NCBI GenBank assembly: GCA_025594325.1
Contig: JANHCV010000005.1
Location: 248,001-312,000, forward strand
Origin: Blastocladiella emersonii ATCC 22665
Taxonomy: Eukaryota; Fungi; Blastocladiomycota
Reading direction: 5' to 3'
Length of the DNA stretch: 64,000 bases
Shown: positions 1 through 11,683 of the stretch, one piece after another
Layout of the letters: each line of letters opens with the position of its first letter
How positions within the stretch are numbered: position 1 is the first letter of the stretch
The notes under the pieces: model-generated
The model's database searches: none
What the model was told of the DNA's origin: nothing
Seen by the model: the letters and a program-made list of their open reading frames with translations, nothing else
Program-made: the position numbers and the translations under genes

Positions 1-340
1 GAGCGAGCAGAGTCGAGAAGGGGCCGATGCAAAGCGGCGGCGGCACGAGCTCGCCACGAGACGGACAGCCAGTTGACAACGCCACACCATCTCAGGTGAC
101 GGGTAACCAGCGCGCTCATGGGAGAGAGCTGACCTGGCCGAGCCGGGCACGTTATTTCGTCTCCCTCCGCCGGCGCGGCGCGCGGGCCGGCGCCTTGCAT
201 CAGCTGATGGACTCAACAACGTCGCTCCTGCGCCACCGCTGCCGATACCCCATGGATCAGACGCCCTAAAGCCGGCCCAGACCGCCTGCAACTGCACGAC
301 CATACACTTGCTTGCCTCATAGAAGCAACCCCGCAACGCC

Positions 341-1661
341 ATGCAGCCGCAGCACGACCCCGCCCTCGCCCAGGCGGCCGGCCTGCACCCGTGGGTCATT
401 GGTACCCGCTATCCACATCGCCCTGTGCTCACGGACCCGAGCTGACGCGCGCGGACCCACGCTCGCTAGACTCGATCGCCAACTGGTGCGAGTCCGATTT
501 TGACGTGGTGTGGTTCATTGCCGAGTTCATCAACACGCTCAGCAACATCCCCATGATCCTGCTCGGGCTCTACGGCATGTACAACGCGCGCAAGTACGGC
601 TACGAGGCCCGCTTCCTCCTCGGCTACGCCGCCCTTGCCTTCGTCGGGTTCGGGTCCGCCGCCTTCCACGGCTTCCTCACGTACCGCGCACAGTTGCTCG
701 ACGAGACCCCCATGGTCGTCGGCACCTCGCTCTACATCTACGCTGCGTACGTGAAACCGTGGTTGTGCGACCCGCCGCGCGTGCTGACGCGGATCCCGCG
801 AGCGCGTGTAGCTTCCAGCCGTGGCGCGCCCGCCCGCCCATGTGGCTCAACGCCATCATCTTCGGCGTCCCCGCGCTCGGCATCGCCGTGTACATTGTCA
901 ACCGCGACGTCGACTTCTTCCAGACGCTGTACGGCAGCATGGCCGCGACCGTGACCGCGCAGATTGCATTCAACTCGCGCAACTACTTTGACCGTGCGCG
1001 CCGCGTCATCCGCGCCCCGGCACCCGCGGGCACCACCCCTGGCTCGCCGCACTCGACCATCACCGTGATCCCCGCGACGCTCGGCACCTGGCTCGTGACC
1101 CGCGGCATCGCGAGCTACCTGACGGGCTTCGCTTTCTGGATCGCCGACAACCTGCTGTGCTACTCGCACCTGATCCCGCTCAAGACCGCGCTCGGGTACC
1201 CGCTGCGCTTCGTCCTCGAGGGGCACGGGTACTGGCACCTGTTGTCCGGATACGGCACCTACCTCGTCATCACGTCCATGGTCGCTACCCGCGCCAACGC
1301 GCTCGCCCGCTCCCCGCTCGCTGCGCGTGCCCGCCGCATCGTCAAGGGCGGCGCAAAGGACGCGGCCGTCCGGTTCGACTACGCGATCATCCCCGTCGTC
1401 GTGCTCGGCGAGGAGGCCCGCGAGATCACGCTCGAGCAGGAGGTCGAGGCGTACGGCCGCGGCAAGGCGGAGATGCGCGACCACGCGGAGGGCACCGCCC
1501 GCCCGAAGCCCATCACGCGCCGCATGAGCAGCATCTCGCTTGCCGACTCGCAGGCCATGCTCCACAAGTCGCTCGCGGCGTCGTCGGTCGCAACGAGCGC
1601 GCTCGAGGAGACATCCGAGGTCACGCAGCGCGCGTCCCGGCGCACTCGCGACTCGTCGTAG
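341..1661 (+). CDS. Alkaline ceramidase (YPC1/YDC1/ACER3 family), 3 exons (about 341-401, 470-746, 812-1661)
   Basis: The spliced product carries NWCE, EFINTLSN, GFGSAAFH, QLLDETPM, FWIADNLLC and EGHGYWHLLSGYG. Introns GTACCC..CTAG and GTACGT..GTAG restore the frame between ORFs 391..954 and 510..1661. Confidence 0.9.
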
Positions 1662-1692
1662 TACAGATATAGGGCTACGCTAATATATTAGT

Positions 1693-2574
1693 CTAGAACT
1701 CACCCCTCGCAGTCACCTCGAGATCCTCGAACCAGGGCTCGCCGCCGCCGTCGCGCTTGGCCTCCTCGATCAGGCGGAGCGCGGGCGCCATGACGGCCAT
1801 GCCCTTGCCCAGCACCATGGCATCGCCGCAGCACAGGTGGGCCTGGAACTCGTCGACCCACACAGCCTCGCAGTACCCGCACCCGACGAGGTACGCGCGG
1901 ACCTGCAGCCGCAGCATCGTGTCGAGCGAGGCCAGGGCGGCGGCGCACGTCTCGCGGTACCCGGCGGCGTTGAAGAAGAACCACGCGTGGTGCAGCTCGT
2001 GTTGCAGCGTCGCCGTGTCGCCGCGCACCCACCCGACGAGGTACTGCGCGGTCGCGCCGCGCGTCACCGTCTTGGCCGCGGTCACGGCCTTGATTTTGGT
2101 CAGGGAGCGGAGCAGGTGGGTCTCGCCGGCGAGGAGGCCACTCCCACTACTACGCCCGCTCGTTCCAGCGGCGTTGCCCGCCGCCGTCAAGAACGCGCAC
2201 AGCGAGTCGAGCGTCATGTTGTGCCCGTAGTAGGTGAAGGGCTTCCCGCGCTGCGCCTGCGCCGCCGCAAACGCCGTCGCATCAAGATACTGCGTGCGCA
2301 GGTCCGGGTGCTCGTAGAAGATGGACGCGCGCAGCAGCAGCACGTCGAGCGTCGGCTTGTCGGGCGCGACGACCAGCACGAGGCGGCGGTCGGACGCAGG
2401 GTGGTACGCGACGGTGCACTGCGCGAGCAGCGCCGGGTCGGCTGCGGGCAGCGCGTAAGCGGCGATGGCGGCGGCGGACGGCGGTGGTGCTGCGGCTGCT
2501 ACAGAAGCAGCGGTAGTGGACCCGCGTTTGCCGTTCCCCGTGCCGGCGGTGTTGGATGCGTTCTTCTTTGCCAT
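1693..2574 (-). CDS. Intronless 293-aa HExxH-motif protein, putative zincin-like metalloprotein (left-arm copy)
   Basis: Host-like codon usage. Motif YLVGWVRGDTATLQHELHHAWFFFN followed by a downstream DEFQAHL. Confidence 0.7.
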   Translation of the reverse strand: MAKKNASNTAGTGNGKRGSTTAASVAAAAPPPSAAAIAAYALPAADPALLAQCTVAYHPASDRRLVLVVAPDKPTLDVLLLRASIFYEHPDLRTQYLDATAFAAAQAQRGKPFTYYGHNMTLDSLCAFLTAAGNAAGTSGRSSGSGLLAGETHLLRSLTKIKAVTAAKTVTRGATAQYLVGWVRGDTATLQHELHHAWFFFNAAGYRETCAAALASLDTMLRLQVRAYLVGCGYCEAVWVDEFQAHLCCGDAMVLGKGMAVMAPALRLIEEAKRDGGGEPWFEDLEVTARGEF

Positions 2575-3815
2575 GGCGGACGGTTCATTCGTTTGTTACA
2601 TGGGTTGCGGCATGTCGCTTGGAGCGAGAGAGAGGATGAGCAGACCGATCGCCGAGCGACACACGACGGTCGCGTCAGCGGCGGCGACGCACGTGGGCGG
2701 TTGCCATGCCGCAGTGCTCGAGCGAGCGCACCCCATGTTGATCACACTAGAGAGTATCGGCTGACAAGACAGCGGATGCAGGTCGTCAAGGCTGCGGACG
2801 AGCGAGCGCAACCTTGTGCGCGCTGATCAGGCCAAGCGAACGGAGCCCGATCAGACTTGTGATCACTTCGCTCCTTCCTCCCGGCCGCGAAAGAGGAAAG
2901 AGGACAGACCGATGACGGGTACACGGCACATAACTCCCCGAGCGAGCGAGAAACCGGTCACGTCGACGGCTCAATGTTGGTCGACGAGGGCGGCCGTCAG
3001 TTGAGCAAACTTTGTTGATGTGCCTCCTCCGAGTCGTTGCTGGCCCACACAACGAGGCCAAGTTGCTGTAACAATACTCCAGAAGCCCAGGGGGTCCGTG
3101 AGAGCGTCGTTTTCCGCCAGGAGCGCCATCGCCCCGCCGGGAGCAGTCGATGCCGCGAACGCGCCGTGAAACGCGTCTCGCGCGCGTCAGGCAAAAGTCA
3201 CCCGACCCGACGCGACCCAGCTGCGAGACGCGACGCGCGTTCGCGTTCGTTGGCGCGTGCTCACTCTTCCCACCGTCGCCTCGACAAGGCTCGGATCAGA
3301 GCGACTCATGGGTAGTTTGTGCAACGACTTATCGCATGGAGACACGCTCATGCAGTCGCAGCACTGGCCTTTCTTTCTTTGAGTCCGGCGGCAGTCGGTC
3401 AAGTTGGGCGACAGCTGGACTGTGAGCTCGGCTCGTCACTCTGCCCGCGTGCGGCCATGTCCGGTAACGAACGATTCAGTGCGTGGAGACGGGCGTCAAG
3501 TCAGCATCTGTGCTGAACGGTCATCAATCAGGACGCGTGACGGGTGGTGGGCTGCGGGACCTGCTCGTCGTTCTCCAACCCTGCCCAGTCGCGATGCACC
3601 GCGTCGGCCGCCCGGTTCAACTTTGCACCGCCGCTATCACCTCAGTTTGGGCCCGCTTACTGCCCGACGCGACGGCACTCGCGCGCGCGACGGAAGCTGC
3701 TATACTCGTCCTGCGGCTCAGCTTCTTCGCGCAAACTGATCCGCTAGTGCGTTCAGGAGCCGATATTCCTCGGATCACGAGCAGTGATCCGCGCGGGTGG
3801 CTCGAAGCCAACGCG

Positions 3816-5146
3816 TTACGAGAAAGCGCCGTCGTGAGCAAACTTGGAACTGTGAGAAACTCGCAACGAGTCAAGACGATGCGAGGTATGAGAAAACGAG
3901 GTATATACAGGAAAGCAGAGAGTGAAACTAGAAGCCAATACGGCTGAAGGCAAACAATGCAGATAGAAGAGCACCTCGGACGCGTCGCGGTTGACAACGG
4001 CCAACTGGCGCTCCCACTCCTTGTTGCTATCGTACTCCGCGTACACGTCGACGCCCGTGAGGTGCAGCACCGCCAGCGACAGGAGATTGCGCGCCGCGAT
4101 GCCGGCCTCGTAGTCACCAAACTACGCGTGTGCGTCGTGCACGCGGCCCATGTACCTCACGTACGCCCAAAGGTTGGCCGTCTGCTGCTCTGTGCGGAAC
4201 GAGACCCCGCTGTCCTGCTCCTGCGGCGCCAAATGACAACGGCGAATCCGTATCATCGGCGTTAGCTTGGCGTCCAGCGCCTTTATAGCTGATCGCGTGA
4301 GCGGGGAGCGGAAGGTGGGCATGTCGCGGGGGACCTCGCGCGGGAGCAGCTTGTCTTGGGCTGAGTCGAAGCGCGGCGCGCAATGTACTGGTACACGTCT
4401 GGGTGTTCGCGGATCAGCTCGACAATCTGCCCAAGGGCCGCGGGCGTGATCGCCAGCTCGGCACGAAACTTGGCGAGCTGCGGGGCGAGGAAGTCGATGG
4501 GAACCGCGGGCATAATCCCCTCCATGCGGCCAAGCGGCTGGTCCTCCCAGATGCACTGGTCCGGGTACTGGTCCGACGCGCCGCCAAAGAAGCGGGCCGA
4601 CCCGAGCTTGTACTCGTCGAGCAGCTGGTCAATCTTGGTGGAGCGCTCGCCGCAGACGCCGGGGCACGCCGAGCGGATCGCTGTTGCGCGCCATGAACTC
4701 GAGAGCGTCGCCGCGAGACCGCTCAGCGGTGCAGCCTATCGCTGCTGGTGGCAGCGACACTTGTTCAGCAGCTGGCCGAGTCGCGAGGCGGCGCGGTTAC
4801 CGGCGAACGGCATCCGAGGCCAACTGGGCCACGTGGCGAACCGCGGCAGCGGCGGCGGCCGTCGCATGCGCTTGAACACGACAACGCGCACCGACTGTGT
4901 TCCTGCTGAGGTTGAACTTGGACCCGGTCGGCGAGTCGCGCTGGATGCTGGATGCGCTCCGTCAAGCGGATCGGGAGTGGTGGCCAGGACGCCCGAGTCG
5001 GCGAGGTTGCTGATGTGGTCGGCGAGCGGCCGAGCCTTAGCCGAAGAACCGACAAGTGCGGGATGGCCGGCCGAGACGAGGTACGCGTTCTGCGCGACTG
5101 CAGCTGAGCTGGTGGCGAGGTTCTTGGAGGGCACCGAAGCCGTCAT
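3816..5146 (-). pseudogene. Degenerate coding sequence of unknown family (left-arm copy)
   Basis: Mirror image of 11684-13014. Host-like codons are broken by frameshifts and an in-frame TAG. Confidence 0.4.
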
Positions 5147-6753
5147 GGGAGCAGCACAGGTCGACGACGATGAAAATGACGATGACGACGACGACGAGAA
5201 ATCAGGCGCGTGCGCACGGATGCCAGTTGAGAGCGAAATTGAGCCTGAGAATGGGCGCCATGGTGTGAGTGAAGTTCAGTGTGGCAGCGGAATGCGCGGG
5301 CGCGTATCCTGAAAGCACTCGCAGCAGCAAACCTAACCTGTTTATGTGATAACTTAAACCCTTAAAGTGGCGGAGTAAACCAATGTGAGCAACGGCCGGG
5401 TCGCCGCCAAGTCTCGCTCCCGCGTCGCTCAACTGGTCCGGCCCAAGTGCCCGTGCCAAGGTAGCGATCGGGTTGAGGTACCGTGCGGGCTGCCGGGCTG
5501 CCGGGATTTTACCGTGTGGGTGGGGGTTCGGCGAACGGAGGAAACAAGTTTTCCGGGTGAGGTGAGGTGGCGACGCGTTTGTGAGACGTGGCGCGGTCAC
5601 GCGGTGATTGCGAGACACTTTTTCGCCTCGCCTCGCCTCGCCTCGCCCCGCCTGCAGCAATCGCGAACTCGGCTGCCTCGCTCCCTCCAGCACGCCCCGC
5701 CGCCGGTAGCCCCCGTACTCGAAACAGCCTACACTCGCTGCAATGGTGAAGAAAATATATACCATGGACGATCAGCGAGTTGTCCGGTGGATTGCTGGCA
5801 AACTTGTGCCCGCTTGATGGATCACGCGCGATGCACCAGTTTGATGGGGGACTGGAAGGCGCGAGTGACAGGGCCCCGTTGCTCACTCAAATTGGTGCCC
5901 CACACATGGCACTTTTGCCGAGTGTGTTGCCCCGCTCAGGCGATCGCGCTATGCTACTGGCCGCTGGGAGGCTCGCGGACCAACTCCAGCTCGGCCACGC
6001 AAATTGCTTTGCCCGCGACGACGAACATGCCGCGACACCGCTCAATTGACAATCCGCTGGAGGGACTTTGGATAGCTATTGATGCGCCGGGCGCACAACG
6101 GGGTTCATGATCCCGTTTTCAGCAATCGCATGTACAACGCAGCGTTGCCAGCGTCCCGTCCCAGCCCATCGCTACAGCGATCAAAGCTGCCATGATTTAT
6201 CAGGCCCGCTGCCATCGGGACCAGCTCGCTAATCCGCTTCTGCGCTTCCCTCCCCTCGAGCCATTTAGAGTCGATCAGGGGACGATGATTTCTGATCAAC
6301 GCGAGTCGCGTAAGGCAACACCAAATGTGCTCACACAGTTGAGGCGGTCGCCGTCGCCAGCATGAAACCTCGCGAGTGCCTGCGAATTGCCTCTGCGTTG
6401 TGATTGAACGCAATTTCCCCGGTCCTTGTGCATGTTTTCGCTTCAAGGAAACACAGCAGGGATGACGCGATCCTCACGTGCATCACGCGCGGCCGATCCG
6501 AGACGCGTCTCGCACTCGGCCTCGCGTGCGCGTGTACACTTGAACTTTTTCAACACTTAGAGTGCAGTGCGTTGGGAGGGTGCAGTGAGAGTCAGCAAGC
6601 AAGCGCACGCGTTGCCCTGGGAGGCGCGATACCGCCTTGGGTGCCGCCCTTATGGACTTGGGGATGTAGCACGCGGGCGATAGACAGTAGAAGACCGCAA
6701 TAGGAACGAAAAGGAAGGCCCCGCGATCGCGGGGCAGGCGCGAAAAAGGAAAA

Positions 6754-6835
6754 CGACAACGGCAGGGTTCGAACCTGCGCACGCAAAGCGTAACCGCTTA
6801 GTAGGCGGTCTCCTTAACCACTCGGACACGTTGTC
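6754..6835 (-). tRNA. tRNA-Ser with ACT anticodon (left-arm copy)
   Basis: Reverse complement of 9995-10076. Full cloverleaf with a long variable arm and anticodon loop CT-ACT-AA. Confidence 0.9.
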
Positions 6836-8240
6836 TATCGAATTTACTGTCATAACTTTATCCCGCTACGGTCTAATATATACTCTTGCGACGCAGAGCT
6901 CGGATAAATTACTCGAACCCCTGAAAATTGCTTCAAACGGCGCACGAAAATTCTCACATGCTGTTGTGGACCCAGTCATCATGTCCTGTAAAGGAGAGCC
7001 AATTCTAACGGCTGGATCCCGAGAAATCGGCACCGCGAAATTCGACCCTCCAAATATGCACTTAACGATTCGCTCGTCTTTCCACCGTACTTGCCACGGT
7101 AAAATTTTCTCAGAGTATCCACGAGTAATATAATGAGTTTTTACGTTGTAACCGTACCATCTTCGAGCCAACACAAAATGTTTAGGCCCATCCCCACGAA
7201 TTTTGACTGCAGTCAAATTCAAGCGTTTACTGACCTTGACTCCCCGAAATTACTCGAGTTGATCATGAGATATATCTGAGCCGTCTGCCCCCGGGAAGCG
7301 CTATTCAAGTGAAATATTCCTGCCGTGCCGAACAGGAAATTGGGTGATCCCACATTTACGCGCGAATTCTGTTGCGAAGTCCAAACGGCCGATTTCGGAT
7401 CCACCTCCTCCGCTATCCTAACAATCGGCACGAGTCGCTGGATTGCTGAAATCGAGTGAATGCACTAGAGTTTAAGCTTCTAGTCGCCCATGACTCTTTT
7501 TTTCCAGGCTCTGCACGTCAGTTTCGTCGAGTAAGGCAATTCAGGAAGCCAAGTCCAGGGCTGTGTGCTCCATTCATTGCCTCAAGGGAGAACCTCGAAA
7601 AAATCTGATCACTAGCGTAAAGAATCAATGGGTGGATGGCGCTCATATGCACTGAGCGATTTACTGGTCAATCCGCCGTATTTCCTGCCAGAGCACTCGC
7701 GAGTAAGCTAACAAATTTTCGTTGTATCCTCGCGCCTGACTCGATTCAAAATCAAAATGGCCGGGTCATGTCAACACAACTTGACAAGTCGCATTCGAGC
7801 TCCAAGTAAACCTTGCCCCGCGAAAGGAAATGGCTGGCTACCTTGGCGGTAGTCTTGCATTGCAGGTGCAATTTTCACTGAGCGTATCAACTCTCAATAA
7901 GTTGTTGTGCCGCAAGGGACACGAAATAGTTTGGTCCCATAATTACGCGCGAGTCAACTGGCAAGCTGCTGGAACATCGAAAGGACGTCTTCCAGTATCT
8001 AGCCTTGTGACCGTTTCCATCTCAAATCGATGTCCCGTTGCGGCCAAGGTCTAACAAACTCTATTTTCTGGACCCGATCAGCTGCTTGCAGCAAGCTCAC
8101 GCCTTGAGACACTTTTTTTGCTAAAAAGACTGTTCGCTATATATTTATTTCGTTACAAGCTCACACTTCGCATCAAAAACCCAGGCCAAATAGACGATCT
8201 GTTTGTTCAGGTTTGCTTTTGGGACCGCCTAAATCGCAGG

Positions 8241-8462
8241 TCAAGCTTCTGTGGGTTGCTTGCTGGTGGCGATAGCGTCCATCTCGTCCAGCATGTCCTC
8301 GATTTCGTCCACTTCGTAGCGTTGGAGAATGCCAGAAAGAATCCACCACTGCACAGACTTTGTCTCTCCGTTGCTGCGCGCGAACTCGAAGATGTGGTCG
8401 AAGTTGAAGTTGGTGAAGCAGGACAGCGGACGCACGAAACCATAATCAAAGTCGTTGGCAAA
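8241..8462 (-). pseudogene. 3' fragment of an unknown gene truncated at the fold-back junction
   Basis: The minus-strand frame runs open through the whole 95-bp spacer into the left arm: FANDFDYGFVRPLSCFTNFNFDHIFEFARSNGETKSVQWWILSGILQRYEVDEIEDMLDEMDAIATSKQPTEA-stop. Confidence 0.4.
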
Positions 8463-9994
8463 AGAGACAAAGTCTGTGCAGTGGTGGATTCTTTCTGGCA
8501 TTCTCCAACGCTACGAAGTGGACGAAATCGAGGACATGCTGGACGAGATGGACGCTATCGCCACCAGCAAGCAACCCACAGAAGCTTGACCTGCGATTTA
8601 GGCGGTCCCAAAAGCAAACCTGAACAAACAGATCGTCTATTTGGCCTGGGTTTTTGATGCGAAGTGTGAGCTTGTAACGAAATAAATATATAGCGAACAG
8701 TCTTTTTAGCAAAAAAAGTGTCTCAAGGCGTGAGCTTGCTGCAAGCAGCTGATCGGGTCCAGAAAATAGAGTTTGTTAGACCTTGGCCGCAACGGGACAT
8801 CGATTTGAGATGGAAACGGTCACAAGGCTAGATACTGGAAGACGTCCTTTCGATGTTCCAGCAGCTTGCCAGTTGACTCGCGCGTAATTATGGGACCAAA
8901 CTATTTCGTGTCCCTTGCGGCACAACAACTTATTGAGAGTTGATACGCTCAGTGAAAATTGCACCTGCAATGCAAGACTACCGCCAAGGTAGCCAGCCAT
9001 TTCCTTTCGCGGGGCAAGGTTTACTTGGAGCTCGAATGCGACTTGTCAAGTTGTGTTGACATGACCCGGCCATTTTGATTTTGAATCGAGTCAGGCGCGA
9101 GGATACAACGAAAATTTGTTAGCTTACTCGCGAGTGCTCTGGCAGGAAATACGGCGGATTGACCAGTAAATCGCTCAGTGCATATGAGCGCCATCCACCC
9201 ATTGATTCTTTACGCTAGTGATCAGATTTTTTCGAGGTTCTCCCTTGAGGCAATGAATGGAGCACACAGCCCTGGACTTGGCTTCCTGAATTGCCTTACT
9301 CGACGAAACTGACGTGCAGAGCCTGGAAAAAAAGAGTCATGGGCGACTAGAAGCTTAAACTCTAGTGCATTCACTCGATTTCAGCAATCCAGCGACTCGT
9401 GCCGATTGTTAGGATAGCGGAGGAGGTGGATCCGAAATCGGCCGTTTGGACTTCGCAACAGAATTCGCGCGTAAATGTGGGATCACCCAATTTCCTGTTC
9501 GGCACGGCAGGAATATTTCACTTGAATAGCGCTTCCCGGGGGCAGACGGCTCAGATATATCTCATGATCAACTCGAGTAATTTCGGGGAGTCAAGGTCAG
9601 TAAACGCTTGAATTTGACTGCAGTCAAAATTCGTGGGGATGGGCCTAAACATTTTGTGTTGGCTCGAAGATGGTACGGTTACAACGTAAAAACTCATTAT
9701 ATTACTCGTGGATACTCTGAGAAAATTTTACCGTGGCAAGTACGGTGGAAAGACGAGCGAATCGTTAAGTGCATATTTGGAGGGTCGAATTTCGCGGTGC
9801 CGATTTCTCGGGATCCAGCCGTTAGAATTGGCTCTCCTTTACAGGACATGATGACTGGGTCCACAACAGCATGTGAGAATTTTCGTGCGCCGTTTGAAGC
9901 AATTTTCAGGGGTTCGAGTAATTTATCCGAGCTCTGCGTCGCAAGAGTATATATTAGACCGTAGCGGGATAAAGTTATGACAGTAAATTCGATA

Positions 9995-10076
9995 GACAAC
10001 GTGTCCGAGTGGTTAAGGAGACCGCCTACTAAGCGGTTACGCTTTGCGTGCGCAGGTTCGAACCCTGCCGTTGTCG
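9995..10076 (+). tRNA. tRNA-Ser with ACT anticodon (right-arm copy)
   Basis: Acceptor stem GACAACG/CGTTGTC, D arm TCCGAGTGGTTAAGGA, anticodon stem ACCGC/GCGGT with loop CTACTAA, variable arm ACGC-TTT-GCGT, T arm GCAGG-TTCGAAC-CCTGC, discriminator G, then a TTTT Pol III terminator. Confidence 0.92.
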
Positions 10077-11683
10077 TTTTCCTTTTTCGCGCCTGCCCCG
10101 CGATCGCGGGGCCTTCCTTTTCGTTCCTATTGCGGTCTTCTACTGTCTATCGCCCGCGTGCTACATCCCCAAGTCCATAAGGGCGGCACCCAAGGCGGTA
10201 TCGCGCCTCCCAGGGCAACGCGTGCGCTTGCTTGCTGACTCTCACTGCACCCTCCCAACGCACTGCACTCTAAGTGTTGAAAAAGTTCAAGTGTACACGC
10301 GCACGCGAGGCCGAGTGCGAGACGCGTCTCGGATCGGCCGCGCGTGATGCACGTGAGGATCGCGTCATCCCTGCTGTGTTTCCTTGAAGCGAAAACATGC
10401 ACAAGGACCGGGGAAATTGCGTTCAATCACAACGCAGAGGCAATTCGCAGGCACTCGCGAGGTTTCATGCTGGCGACGGCGACCGCCTCAACTGTGTGAG
10501 CACATTTGGTGTTGCCTTACGCGACTCGCGTTGATCAGAAATCATCGTCCCCTGATCGACTCTAAATGGCTCGAGGGGAGGGAAGCGCAGAAGCGGATTA
10601 GCGAGCTGGTCCCGATGGCAGCGGGCCTGATAAATCATGGCAGCTTTGATCGCTGTAGCGATGGGCTGGGACGGGACGCTGGCAACGCTGCGTTGTACAT
10701 GCGATTGCTGAAAACGGGATCATGAACCCCGTTGTGCGCCCGGCGCATCAATAGCTATCCAAAGTCCCTCCAGCGGATTGTCAATTGAGCGGTGTCGCGG
10801 CATGTTCGTCGTCGCGGGCAAAGCAATTTGCGTGGCCGAGCTGGAGTTGGTCCGCGAGCCTCCCAGCGGCCAGTAGCATAGCGCGATCGCCTGAGCGGGG
10901 CAACACACTCGGCAAAAGTGCCATGTGTGGGGCACCAATTTGAGTGAGCAACGGGGCCCTGTCACTCGCGCCTTCCAGTCCCCCATCAAACTGGTGCATC
11001 GCGCGTGATCCATCAAGCGGGCACAAGTTTGCCAGCAATCCACCGGACAACTCGCTGATCGTCCATGGTATATATTTTCTTCACCATTGCAGCGAGTGTA
11101 GGCTGTTTCGAGTACGGGGGCTACCGGCGGCGGGGCGTGCTGGAGGGAGCGAGGCAGCCGAGTTCGCGATTGCTGCAGGCGGGGCGAGGCGAGGCGAGGC
11201 GAGGCGAAAAAGTGTCTCGCAATCACCGCGTGACCGCGCCACGTCTCACAAACGCGTCGCCACCTCACCTCACCCGGAAAACTTGTTTCCTCCGTTCGCC
11301 GAACCCCCACCCACACGGTAAAATCCCGGCAGCCCGGCAGCCCGCACGGTACCTCAACCCGATCGCTACCTTGGCACGGGCACTTGGGCCGGACCAGTTG
11401 AGCGACGCGGGAGCGAGACTTGGCGGCGACCCGGCCGTTGCTCACATTGGTTTACTCCGCCACTTTAAGGGTTTAAGTTATCACATAAACAGGTTAGGTT
11501 TGCTGCTGCGAGTGCTTTCAGGATACGCGCCCGCGCATTCCGCTGCCACACTGAACTTCACTCACACCATGGCGCCCATTCTCAGGCTCAATTTCGCTCT
11601 CAACTGGCATCCGTGCGCACGCGCCTGATTTCTCGTCGTCGTCGTCATCGTCATTTTCATCGTCGTCGACCTGTGCTGCTCCC

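Noticed and set aside
1690-1700. CTAG at the left palindrome end as a canonical Helitron 3' terminus
   Set aside because: The mirror end reads TTAG, there is no subterminal hairpin or A/T target, and the CTAG is simply the gene's last codon plus stop.
6831-7431. Short ORFs in the AT-rich core (6831-7133, 6866-7222, 7219-7431) as genes
   Set aside because: No host codon bias and no recognisable domains; mentioned only as a possible decayed frame.
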